A stretch of 49,558 nucleotides of DNA from Diadema antillarum (Eukaryota): positions 1,564,443 to 1,614,000 of the forward strand of contig NW_027270980.1 of the NCBI RefSeq assembly GCF_040938485.1. Direction: 5' to 3'. A program made the translations under genes and the position numbers. A model generated the notes under the pieces. It had not been told where the DNA came from, did no database searches, and saw nothing but the letters and a program-made list of their open reading frames with translations. Below, in pieces: positions 10,786 through 22,563 of the stretch; position 1 is the first letter of the stretch, and every line of letters starts with the position of its first letter.

Positions 10786-13700
10786 TCAACGCCTCCTGTT
10801 GAACTCCCGGATCATCCGTGACAGTTCGTCGAGTCCTTCGTAGAGACCATCGCCTGTCCTCGCGCATGCGCCTTGGATGTGCCATGGATTTGCGACCAGT
10901 TTATGTAATTGCAGTTCTTCGGTGAGTTTGGTTAAGTGAAAAGAGCCTAATGGTTAAGAAGATAGTGCAAAATACAGATGTTATGCTGACGTGAATGTAA
11001 TGTATTTATAGCAATGAAAATAAACTTCAATTCAGAAAGTAGTCATTATACATTTTTGATAGGAATTGCCCTGTATAATGAAAAATGTTTGTCTTATCAA
11101 ATACCATGTCTATTAACTTTGAAAAATAAAAACGATGAGTGTCTTCCCTCTTTTCTAAGACGTCTTCCAGTCTAATAAAGATGGACAGATTTTTAATACT
11201 AAGATATTGTGATGGATTCAAACTACAGCGAGTTTTCTGGTAAGAAAAGGGAATGACACCCAAATATAAAAGTGGATAGAGTGAATGCGACTATATTCGT
11301 AGAACACATCAGCGAAGTTTGAGAAAAGTCGGACAATCCGTTGAAAATGCACTTTAAAAGTTTCGATGCAGCCATCGCTGGATGAGAAGACTGCTATATA
11401 ATTCGTGACGTCACGTAACTATGGAAAACAATGTAAAAAAAATATAAAGAGAATTCTACAAGACTTCATCATTTTTTATGACAAGTAGGCCTACACATTC
11501 CCTCGACATGTTACTGACATATTTGTGTTAAGGGTAATATTATTAATCCTACTCTCTGAAGGAGGCAAGTCAAGTGCTCTTCAATTATGCTTAATAAAAG
11601 TGAAAATCTGCTGAACTTGCTTCATATTTTCTTCATATCGTTTTCCAGATAATATGACGTTGCAAAGTGTTGCAGTCTTCTCATCCAGTGATGGCAGCAC
11701 AAAAATTTAGAACTATTTAACGGATAGGCCTAGTCCGGTTTTCCTCGAAATTTCACTGATGTGTTCTACTAATAATGCTACAGTCCCTCAATTCACATCC
11801 GAGAAATGTTTGGTTTTCATTCTCGGGACTTCAACCCGAAAATGCTCATTGAGTTGCAAGGAAGAACGTAAATAATGAAATACTATTCGATATTGTGGTC
11901 ATGATGATGTAGCCAGCGAACCTCTCTGAAATATATTTCATACTGTCTGGAAATGGGATATCAGGATGCAAACCCCATTTTACTTGATTTGCACTAATTT
12001 ACTTTAAAAAACCCTCTCTTACATTGAAACACTTTATTCTTCACTTATGCAAAATTCTAAAGTTATTTTCGGCCTGATGGACGATGGATGCAAGAGGATG
12101 TTTAGTACAAGATTTGGCTTCTGGTTGTGATTACAAACCTCTTCAGTTACTAAATCAATCAATCGAAAAAAAAATTACCTTCTAGATCTTGTTTGTTCGC
12201 TAACACAAGGACGGGGGTCCCGTGTGACAGCTCTGGGGCCTGCAGAATTGAGAATAGTAATTCTCTGGCTTCGGCCAAACGTTCCTTGTCCGCGCTATCC
12301 ACCACGTATATGATACCTATGAAGATATTCATTGTTTATAGTTAGTGCATGATGTGCATACAGAGACATACAACTGCCTTGTATCTTTTACACAAAAGGA
12401 CAGTTTTTTATTAATAAGTAATAAAAAAATACGCTAAAGAAATAGGAATCACTGAGACTGGAGAGCCATGCGCAACAGCACAGTTTAAATTGATAGTGAT
12501 CATACCCGTATTGCAGATTCTGATTATCATTGTCACTCTTGTGTAATGTATATATTACTTGAACAGCAGGTACATATTATAGACATATCAGTTTGCAATT
12601 ACATGTATTGTAGTTCATATGTACATGGGTACAAATGGCCTAATTTTTTTTTCTCAGCTGGTTGGACGCTTCATTCGTTTTCAAAGTGACACGATACATT
12701 GCCCAGCGTTTAACAACGCACTCTGCACAAGTTCGACGTTGTTTGAACAAGAATTCATGTTAAAATATAATGAACTTGCGCATAGCAGGTGACAAGAATG
12801 GTTTGTCAATATCACTTGAGGGAGAATACATTTCATTGTATTACACTCAGTGTATCATAAGAAACTTTTTTTCTATTGATACTGTCAGATACCGGGCTTA
12901 TACAGTGAGATAGATGTGTTGGCAAGCTGCTGGCAGGCACAAGGATTACAATCACGAATAATCATTACACCACCTTTCCTAAACCAACATGGCTGTTGGT
13001 GCAAAAGACTTTTTTCTGCTCATTCGCAAAGTGGAATGACGAACAGGTCTAAAATGCTCAGCAGTATATGGATGTGTATGTAAACGACAGAGAGAGAGAG
13101 AGGGGGGGGGGAGCGGAAGAGAGGGGAGGGGGTTTGAAGGGGAATAAGAGAGAAAAAGAAAACGGTGCTACATTGGTGTGACCTTCAATTTTATATTCGA
13201 TATACCATTTTCGGATATGCCAAAATGCTCGTTTGGCATTATCCTTGCTGTTTCTCGTCTTTTTACTAATTATCGGAAATGAAGGAAAGATTCTTTAAGC
13301 GTCTTATTATCATGGAACAAGAATAGAAAGCTATTTTGTACCAGCCGTGTTGTAGTAGTAATGATGCCACAGCAACTTGTCTCTAAATCCGATATCCCAG
13401 ATGTCGAACGATTGACCACGATTAGTTGCGATTGTCTCCACATTAAATCCGATTGAGGGGATGGTCTGCACGGTTTTGTTCAGCTTTAACCTGTATATAC
13501 AAGTAGTTTTTCCTGGAGAATAGAAATACAAAATTATTCATTGTTAGTGCATGTACAAGTAGTCAAATGATCTGTCATTATTTTGAAACAAGACTTTAGT
13601 TTACATTCATAATATATGGGGGCATTAAAATCCATTTTTAGTAGGCCTAATGGTTTTATTCGTCCCCATCAGGGAGGTGAGACGAAAACTCACCTCCCTG

Positions 13701-13937
13701 TCCCTGTCATAGGCCTATACCCGACAGTTGGTTCCCGGCTCAATTTGTTACTGGCTCTGATACTTTTCTAGTAAAACCCTGAAACATAACTGAAATGATA
13801 ATGGCCTGACCATCACACATAATTATGTGACCGACTGGCTTTTGACCTGCTGAAAAATTACCTGTTCCGTCAAGACCCAGCATAAGTAGTCTGGGCGGCC
13901 TGCACTGAAACCATTTCCGACAGAGACACTGACCCAT
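10786..13937 (-). CDS. ARF-family small GTPase paralog B, divergent switch II (181 aa); join complement(13937-13862, 13512-13342, 12316-12179, 10946-10786)
   Basis: 76+171+138+161 = 546 nt, GT-AG phase-1 introns, no stop: [181 protein letters not shown]. Confidence 0.85.
13640..13838. other. About 0.2-kb intron-1 segment present in copies B and C (C: about 20748-20948) and absent from A, with a perfect 12-bp hairpin
   Basis: Intron 1 is 349 nt in B and C but 141 nt in A. The hairpin cagggaggtgag-acgaaaa-ctcacctccctg lies at 13670-13700 and 20778-20808, bracketed by two TAGGCCTA palindromes. Confidence 0.75.
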
Positions 13938-15599
13938 GTTATCCACCGATGTAAATCCGTTCGGGAAAGGTATTTAAGCTTTTTAAGCACTTTCCAAACA
14001 GAACGAAAATCCACTCTTCAAATCACAAGAGAACGACATCCGACGAAATGAAAATCTGTTATAGGACTATTGCAGTATTTCTCGCTTTTGTAGTGCAACT
14101 TGTAGTGAACGAATGAGCTATATACCTTCCAACTTTTAGTGATAGTGCCTGTACAGTCGATGACTTGATCGTTTACGTGTCATTATAGTCAGCGTGTAAG
14201 GTCTGATGACTCGTATTGTGCCTCGTGTATGCCATCAGCATCATTGCTGTGACAAGTAAACACAAGGATGACGGCTACTATCAGCACTGCCGAACCGGAC
14301 AAATCCGAGCCCGGATGTACAGCAACCTCTGATCGCTAACACTCTTGCGAAACACGTCCCGTAGTAGGCCTATACATCCCTCACGAAATACATGCGAGCC
14401 CTATCTATTGTCTGCAAAAGTTTTTTGTTTCTATATAGATATATCTAGATATATAATACGATAAATAATAATAACGTCCGTAGCATAACACAGACAAAAA
14501 CACTTTAAAGCGGAAAAGAAATAGGCAAGAGCATAAGTTATGTTAAACTATTTGAACGAAATGTGCTTGTTTGTTTGTTTTTGTAATACAGGTACTCACT
14601 TTCTTGCTTGCATCAGCTCAACTCAAAGCGCCACACTTTCCAGTGAGGCTGCGATGTGTATATGGTTTTATTTATTCTTATTCAAAATCCGTGTAACAAT
14701 CTTATTAAAATGATTGAAACTTTAGTTATAACAGTGTCCTGAGGACATGAAATTAGATGAGATACATGCTTTTAGCAGAAAATCGTCTTAATTTCCAAAC
14801 ATTATGGTTATTTCCACATAATTATTTCCTAGATGTTGAAATCATGGTCATGATAGCTTTTGATAATAAATGTATATTAATTCATCTCATTTCATTTCAT
14901 TCCCGACGAAAATATACAATATGACATTTACATATGAACAAAGTAAAGTAAGCAAAGTAAAGTAATATGTAAATATGCATGAATAATGATGTAATGTGTA
15001 TGGTTGCTGCATATTTCTGTACAAGTGAACGCAATGTATGCATCACATATTGCATATAATCAAAATGTCGGTATGCATAGATAACTGTTCTGTTTCTCTG
15101 TTTCATATTAATGACTTGTGGGCGTATTCATTGTTATAAATAAAAACTTGCTTCGAATGTTTTAGAGTCCGATACCTCTGTACAATATACAACAAAGAAT
15201 GGACTGAACAAATTGGTGTCATCACTCTAAGGTTTTGCTTTATTCATTTCTTGTTTAAGGACAAAAACTTTATTCTTAGAAACAGTTAGTTACTCATAGT
15301 TACTTGATTTTTACATTCCATTTTGATATCACGTCAAAACATTACACGTAAAAAAGCACCTAATTCATTTCTTGAAAATTAGTGCAAGCATTGCAATAAA
15401 TATACGGCAAGGAAAATATGAGTATCATCGTATCATACAAGAATATTGAGCACAGGAAAAAAGAGGGAACACAAAGGCAGATCAAATGAGAGAGGGTGAG
15501 AGAGAGAGAGAGTGTCGGAGACATTGACCATGTTGACCATGGAATACAGGAATGGGGTAAGGGAGGGATGGGGGGGGGGGGGTGGGGGTGGGGAGTATA

Positions 15600-15757
15600 T
15601 AAGTAGACTCCCGTTTTAACGAAGTCCTCGGGACAGGCAACGAATAAACAATAAGGGGTAAAAAAAACATAGATCCGATAGTTTTGAGAGCTGGATTTTT
15701 ATTTCGCTGTAACCGGAATTTCGTTCTAATCGTGTTCGTCATAACTGTAGTGCACTG
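15600..15757. mobile_element. Degenerate Tc1/mariner (pogo/Tigger-like) MITE relic
   Basis: Private to unit C. The ends agtagactcccgttttaacgaa and ttcgtcataactgtagtgcactg form a decayed CAGT...TAACGAA-type TIR pair. Confidence 0.45.
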
Positions 15758-15859
15758 TGGTGACATTGTTCCATTTTTTTTTTCTTCGCTAAAGCAACAA
15801 CTCTTGTAGAAATTTTCTTTGAAAGTTTTACACACTCTCATTAATAATTTAAAGAGGTA

Positions 15860-17589
15860 AAGCGGGGTTCCCACTATCGTACGATCTATTACGAACGTCA
15901 TGATTGGACATTGGGACGTTCGTAACTGATCGTGGAAGTTTCGTTGAACTCGTCTGAAATTTCACGCCTTTGCATACGAGGTTATGCGAGACAATACGTG
16001 TTGCTTCGCTTGGATGCGATATGGTCACGATTGGTCTTTTTCAAGCAATAAGATCTGTCACGATCTGGTCTCCCGTTCAAATACGATCCGATATGATCGT
16101 CCCGATTGAGTCCATGACTGGACCCGATCTACCACTATCATTACGATCGGGATCCCCGATTTGGTGCGTCCAGCTACGTTCTGATACGTTCCAATACGAA
16201 TACCGCGAACTAATGCGGGTTGTTGAGATAAGATACGATATCTTTCACGATCGGGATCAAAAGCGACCCCCCATTTAAGGTGCGATTGGACCCGAATGGG
16301 AATATTATAGTCCGGCTGACGATGGATTTCATTGTTTCCTCAACTTCTGCAGAGTGATTAGGCCTACTATCCACAACCACTGATGATGGCAAGGGTTGAC
16401 AGGTTGAGGATGATGAGAACGTGACCTTTGCAGTATTGCGAATGACGATTATGTTATCATGAGATAGAAAACATCACCTTGGCCAGCCACAACCTCAGAT
16501 AGTCCCTCCTCTAATTTAACCTAAATAAATTAATAGATTATTGAATCGACGTGCTCATCCTCCCCCCCCCCCCAAAAAAAAAAAATAAACAAGATCAGAT
16601 CATTGCCCCATCTTCTCAAGAAAAAAAGATCAAGACAAATGTTTTCACCTTTCTTTGAAATACATGAAGAAAATAATTGTGTATGATGAAATTGAAGCTA
16701 AAAATGAAGATGGGACCTTTTTGAATGCTAACTTTTATGTATTATATACGCTCAATATAAGAAAGTTGGCCGAACTGATGGCATATTGTGTGTTTGATTT
16801 CATATTCGCATAGTATGTATCATATGCATTATTATTTCAAAATGTCGTTATCTCATGGGGTATTGAATGTTTGGTTGGTTTGGCTTGATTTCTTGTTTTA
16901 TTTAACAGTGTTTAACAAAACCGACATACACACAACAGAAAGGTAACTCCCCTAAAATAATGTCACTTTTTAACAAAAAACAAACAAACAAGTCTTAAGT
17001 AAAATTATTTCGCAGGGGTATTACTACGCTTATTGACTAACTTCTATTTAAAAAATAATTACAGTGACCTTTATAGTCATGCACAAGTGACCTTACATCC
17101 ACGACAATGGTCACTTTTCAAAAGTCACAAAAGTTACTTTGTGGGGTATGTAAAACATTCTGCTTCTAGAGGGTGCTTCAGTGGTGTTGTTATTTTATAT
17201 ATTGTGCCACCCCTCCCTTATTCAACCTCGCGGAATACAAAATATATACGATTTGCGAGTAAGATAAGGGTAAATGTGCAAAATAAGCAGAAGGAAAGTG
17301 AAAAAGTCGATCCCGATCAACACGATTAAGAAGCACGATTAGATAAGATTTGCTGCGTTTTGATACGATCCAAGACAATCTGATGCGATGATCACGATCA
17401 AAAAGTAATCGTGTTAATCGTAGAAAATATTTGAACCGTCCAAAAATTTTCTACGATTAACGCGATTGCCACGATTGACCTCAAGATCTGATACAATCTA
17501 ATACGATCTGATAAGATCACCACGATTGCTTCACGACTGAGACCACGATTTCAATCGTGGCGCAAATCGTGATAGTGGGAACCCCGCTT
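15860..17589. mobile_element. 1730-bp non-autonomous TIR DNA transposon (superfamily uncertain: TA flanks, Harbinger-like TIR sequence)
   Basis: Perfect 19-bp TIRs aagcggggttcccactatc (15860-15878) and gatagtgggaaccccgctt (17571-17589). TA at 15858-59 and 17590-91. The site is empty in A (about 2815) and B (about 10360). ACGAT/ATCGT-rich subterminal arms. No transposase ORF. Confidence 0.92.
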
Positions 17590-17953
17590 TAAGGTTGCAT
17601 TCGTTTATTCTGTCTCGATACAGCCATCACACGCACTATAGCTCGTGAATGGATGATACACACGTCGACCATTACAGGTCCGGGCCCTTTTTTATGAAGA
17701 GTTATAATTGATTATACAGTTTATTTCGATTGTAAGTCTATGGCAGCCTGTGTGGTAAGGAAATTTATAATCGATTATACACATATCTTTTGACAAAACA
17801 GGGCTCAGATGTCTCTGTTTGTAGTCTTTTGCCTGTTTATATCTATCTCTTTTCAAATACCGCCGACTCTCTCGCAGTTAAGTTCATCCATAGCAGAGTC
17901 TTCTTGTTGCTATCTTAATCCCGATGATCCGGACTGTCAGGGCTCCCCGACAT

Positions 17954-20900
17954 TCAACGCCTGTTGAACTCCCGGATCATCCGTGACAGTTCATCAAGTC
18001 CTTCGTAGAGACCATCACCTGTCCTTGCGCATGCGCCTTGGATGTGCCATGGATTTGCGACCAGTTTATGCAATTGCAGTTCGTCGGTGAGTTTGGTTAA
18101 GTGAAAAGAGCCTAATGGTTAAGAAGATAGTGCAAAATACAAATGTTATGCTGACGTGCATGTAATGTATTTATGATAGCATTGAAAATAAACTTCAATT
18201 TAAAAAGTAGTCATCATACAATATTGATAGGAATTGCCCTGTATAATGAAAAATGTTTGTTTTATCAAATACCATGTCTATTAACTTTACTCCAGCTTGG
18301 GTGATGAAAAATGAAAACGATAAGTGTCTTCCCTCTTTTCTAAGACGTCTTCCGGTCTAATAAAGATGGACAGATTTCTAATACTTTACTATGGCGATGG
18401 ATTCAAACTACAGCGAGTTTTCTGGCAAGAAAAGGGAATGACACCCAAATATAAAAGTGGATTGAGTGAATGCAACTATATTCGTAGAACACATCAGCGA
18501 AGTTTGAGGAAAGTCGGACAATCCGTTGAAAATGCATTTTTAAAGTTTCGATGCAGCCATCGCCGGATGAGAAGACTGCTATATAATTCGTGGCGTCACG
18601 TAACTATTGAAAACGATGTAAAGAAAATATAAAGAGAATTCCACAAGATTTCATTACTTTTATGACAAGTAGGCCTACACATTCCCTCGACGTGTTACTG
18701 ACATAATTATGTTAAGGGTAATCTTATTCCTCCTACTCTCTGAAAGAGGCAAGTCAAGTGTTCTTCCATTATGCTTAAAAAAGTGAAAATCTGCTGAATT
18801 TGCTTCATATTTTCTTCATATCGTTTTCCAGATAGACGTCGCAAAGTGTTGCTATCTTCTCATCCAGTGAGGACAGCACAAAAATTTATAACTATTTAAT
18901 GGATAGGCCTAGTCCGGTTTTCCTCAAACTTTCACTGATGCGTTCTACTAATAAAGCAGCAGTCCATCAATTCACATCCGATATGCGTTTGGGTTTCGAT
19001 TCTCCTTTAACACTGAAAGTGCTCATTAAGTTGCGAGGAAGAACGTAAATGATGAAATACTATTCTACATCATGGTCATAATGATGTAGCCAGCGAGGCT
19101 CTCTGAAATATATTTCATACTGTCTGGAAATGGGATATCAGGATGCAAACCCCATTTTACTTGATTTGCACTAATTTACTTAAAGAACCATATCTTACAT
19201 TGACACACTTCATTCTTCACTTCTTCATTTTTCACTGCAAAATTTTAAATAAAAGTTGTTTTCGTCCTGATGGACGATGGATGCAAAGAAGATATAGTAC
19301 AAGATTTCGCTTCTGGTTGCGATAAGCAAACATCTTCAGTCACATTATCAATCGATCGAAAAAAAATATTTACCTTCTAGATCTTGTTTGTTCGCTAACA
19401 CAAGGACGGGGGTCCCGTGTGACAGCTCTGGGGCCTGCAGAATTGAGAATAGTAATTCTCTGGCTTCGGCCAAACGTTCCTTGTCCGCGCTATCCACCAC
19501 GTATATGATACCTATGAAGATATTCATTGTTTATAGTTAGTGCATGATGTGCATACAGAGACATACAACTGCCTTGTATCTTTTACACAAAAGGACAGTT
19601 TTTGATTAATAAGTGATAAAAAAAATACATACGCTAAAGAAATAAGAATCACTGAGTGGAGAGACATATGCAAAAGCACAGTTTAGATAGTGATCATACC
19701 CGTATTGCAGATTCTGATTATCATTGTCACTCGTGTGTAATGTATATACATACTTTAACAGCATGTGCATAGACATATCAGTTTGCAATTATTGTTGTTC
19801 ATGTGTACATGGGTATACAAATAGCTTTTTTTTCCCCCTCAGCTGGTTGGGCGCTTTATTCGTTTTCAAAGCGACACGATGCATTATTGCCCGGCGTTTA
19901 ACAACGCACTCTGCACAAGTTCGATAGTTATTTGTCTGAACAAGAATTTATGTTTAAAAATGATGAACTTGCGCAGAGCAGGTGACAAGAATGGTTTGTC
20001 AATATCACTTGAGGGAGCATACATTTTATTGTATTACACTCAATGTATTATAAGATACTTTTTCTATTGATATTGTCAGATACCGGGCTTATACTGTGAG
20101 GTAGAGGTGTTGGCAAGCTAATGGGAAGTACAAGGATTGCAATCACGAATAATCACTACACTAAAGATGCTTCCTAAGTAAAGTTACAAACCAACATGGT
20201 TGTTGGTACAAATGACCTTTTTCTGCTCATTCGCAAAGTGGAATGACGAACTGGTCTAAAATGCTTAGCGGTATGGATGTGTATGTAAACGACAGAACGA
20301 CAAACTACATTTTCGGATATGCCAAAATGCTCGTTTGTCATTATCCTTTCTGTTTCTCGTCTTTCTACTAATTATTGGAAATGAAGGAAAGATTCTGCAA
20401 GCGTCTTATTATCATGGAACAGGAATAGAAAGGTATTTTGTACCTGCCGTGTTGTAGTAGTAATGATGCCACAGCTGTCGCAACCTGTCATGAAATCCGA
20501 TATCCCAGATTACGAACGATTGACCACGATTAGTCGCGATTGTCTCCTCATTAAATCCGATTGTGGGGATGGTCTGCACGGTTTTGTTCAGCTTTAACCT
20601 GTATAAACAAGTAGTTTTTCCTGGAGAATAGAAATACAAAATTATTCATTGTTAGTGCATGTACAAGTAGTCAAATGATCTGTCATTAATGTGAAACAAG
20701 ACTTTAGTTTACATTCATAATATATGGGGGCATTAAAATCCATTTTTAGTAGGCCTAATGGTTTTATTCGTCCCCATCAGGGAGGTGAGACGAAAACTCA
20801 CCTCCCTGTCCCTGTCATAGGCCTATACCCGACAGTTGGTTCCCGGCTCAATTTGTTACTGGCTCTGATACTTTTCTAGTAAAACCCTGAAACATAACTG

Positions 20901-21045
20901 AAATGATAATGGCCTGACCATCACACATAATTATGTGACCGACTGGCTTTTGACCTGCTGAAAAATTACCTGTTCCGTCAAGACCCAGCATAAGTAGTCT
21001 GGGCGGCCTGCACTGAAACCATTTCCGACAGAGACACTGACCCAT
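17954..21045 (-). CDS. ARF-family small GTPase paralog C, divergent switch II (182 aa); join complement(21045-20970, 20620-20444, 19511-19374, 18111-17954)
   Basis: 76+177+138+158 = 549 nt, GT-AG phase-1 introns, no stop: [182 protein letters not shown]. Confidence 0.85.
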
Positions 21046-21594
21046 GTTATCCACCGACGTAAATCCGTTCGGGAAAGGTATTTAAGCTTTTTAAGCACTC
21101 TCCAAACAGAACGAAAATCCACTCTTCAAATCACAAGAGAACGACATCCGACGAAATGAAAATCTGTTATAGGACTATTGCAGTATTTCTCGCTTTTGTA
21201 GTGCAACTTGTAGTGAACGAATGAGCTATATACCTTCCAACTTTTAGTGATAGTGCCTGTACAGTCGATGACTTGATTGGTTACGTGTCATTATAGTCAG
21301 CGTGTAAGGTCTGATGACTCGTATTGCGCCTCGTGTATGCCATCAGCATCATTGCTGTGACAAGTAAACACAAGGATGACGGCTACTATCAGCACTGCCG
21401 AACCGGACAAATCCGAGCCCGGATGTAGAGCAACCTCAGATCGCTCACGCTCTTGCGAAACATGTTCCGTAGTACTACATTCCTAACGAAATACATGAAG
21501 GCCGTATCTCTTTTCGGCAAAAGTTTTTGTTTCTATATCTATCCAAGATTCTCACATGAACTTTAAATATATAATACGCTAAATGATAATAATG

Positions 21595-21906
21595 TCTCAA
21601 TTACTTTTGTGTTATGTATTTGTAATTGCAGTAAGTATTTTTAAAGAAACTCTTGAGTGGTCCACAATCTATATACAAGCATTGCTTTTTAGTGGACCTC
21701 TCAGTTGTCTTTCCCCCCTCTAGATATAACTTCGTATTTTCCGGTATGTATGCATATCTTTATAAGTTTGTTGACTATCGTTTATTTTTCGTAATGTATA
21801 TCGTATTATGCTTATGATATAAAGAATTCCTCATTCACTTTGCGTTATGTTTTGTTGGAAGAAAATGAGAATGAAATAGATGAAATGAAATGAAATGAAA
21901 TGAAAT
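21595..21906 (+). mobile_element. LINE 3'-UTR fragment with (GAAAT)n tail
   Basis: Absent at the homologous site in unit A (about 8710). It contains the stem-loop ggtccac...tacaagc...ttttta-gtggacc (21659-21698) and a terminal (gaaat)n. Confidence 0.65.
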
Positions 21907-22512
21907 CGAATTATCAAAAAGGATGCCATACTAATTTAATTTGATTCACCCTCTGCACAGATAATTATAACACCAAGCCTCTCAACTCTCGATGTGAAGC
22001 TTTGAAAATTTGATGATGTAAAACAAAATGCATGCATGACCGAAATTACAAAAGAAAAAAAGATATTAAAGAAAGAAAAAAATGCTGAAATAATTTAATA
22101 CAGAAAAAAAAATCGATATTTCAATTTTATTAAATTCAAATTTTATGAATATCAGGATTCTTTCAAATACAATAATCACAAAAAGTCAATGTATCATAAC
22201 ACAACAACATGAATATTTGAAAGCGGAAAAGAAAAATAGGCAAGTGCATGACATAATAAGCTATTGGAACGAAATTATTGCATTATTGAAAGAGAGAGGC
22301 TCACGTAAAAGACAAGCTTGCAAAGATGCTGACCACAAAATCAATTGGAATTACAAGAGAGAATAGAGAACTTGCCTATACTTGAAAGCCCATTTTGAGG
22401 AAGTGAATACAATGAAAATAACAACAACAACAACATATGGGTCAAAACAATATCGAATAGTTGTGCGTTGGTTGTATGAATTTCCATTTGCATCTGTTTG
22501 TACAGGGTCTTA

Positions 22513-22563
22513 TTTGTTTGTTTGTTTGTTTGTTTGTTTGTTTGTTTGTTTGTTTGTTTGTTT
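22513..22563. repeat. (TTTG)n microsatellite
   Basis: About 12 perfect units. Only 2-4 units occur at the homologous positions near 9262 and 14567. Confidence 0.95.

Noticed and set aside
15880-16278. ACGAT-rich repetitive stretch and a 102-aa ORF as a CRISPR array or transposase
   Set aside because: There is no constant repeat-spacer periodicity and no DDE motif, and the context is eukaryotic. It is the subterminal arm of the TIR element.
3216-21045. Calling the minus-strand ARF fragments pseudogenes
   Set aside because: The ORF track shows only short pieces, but the exons splice into three full-length open frames with intact splice sites and in-frame indels only. Pseudogene status cannot be excluded without expression data, but nothing in the sequence demonstrates it.
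10786-21045. Copies B and C as two uncollapsed haplotypes of one locus
   Set aside because: There is no gap between them, the junction spacer is continuous, and C is mosaic between A and B with several private insertions. Long reads would still be needed for certainty.
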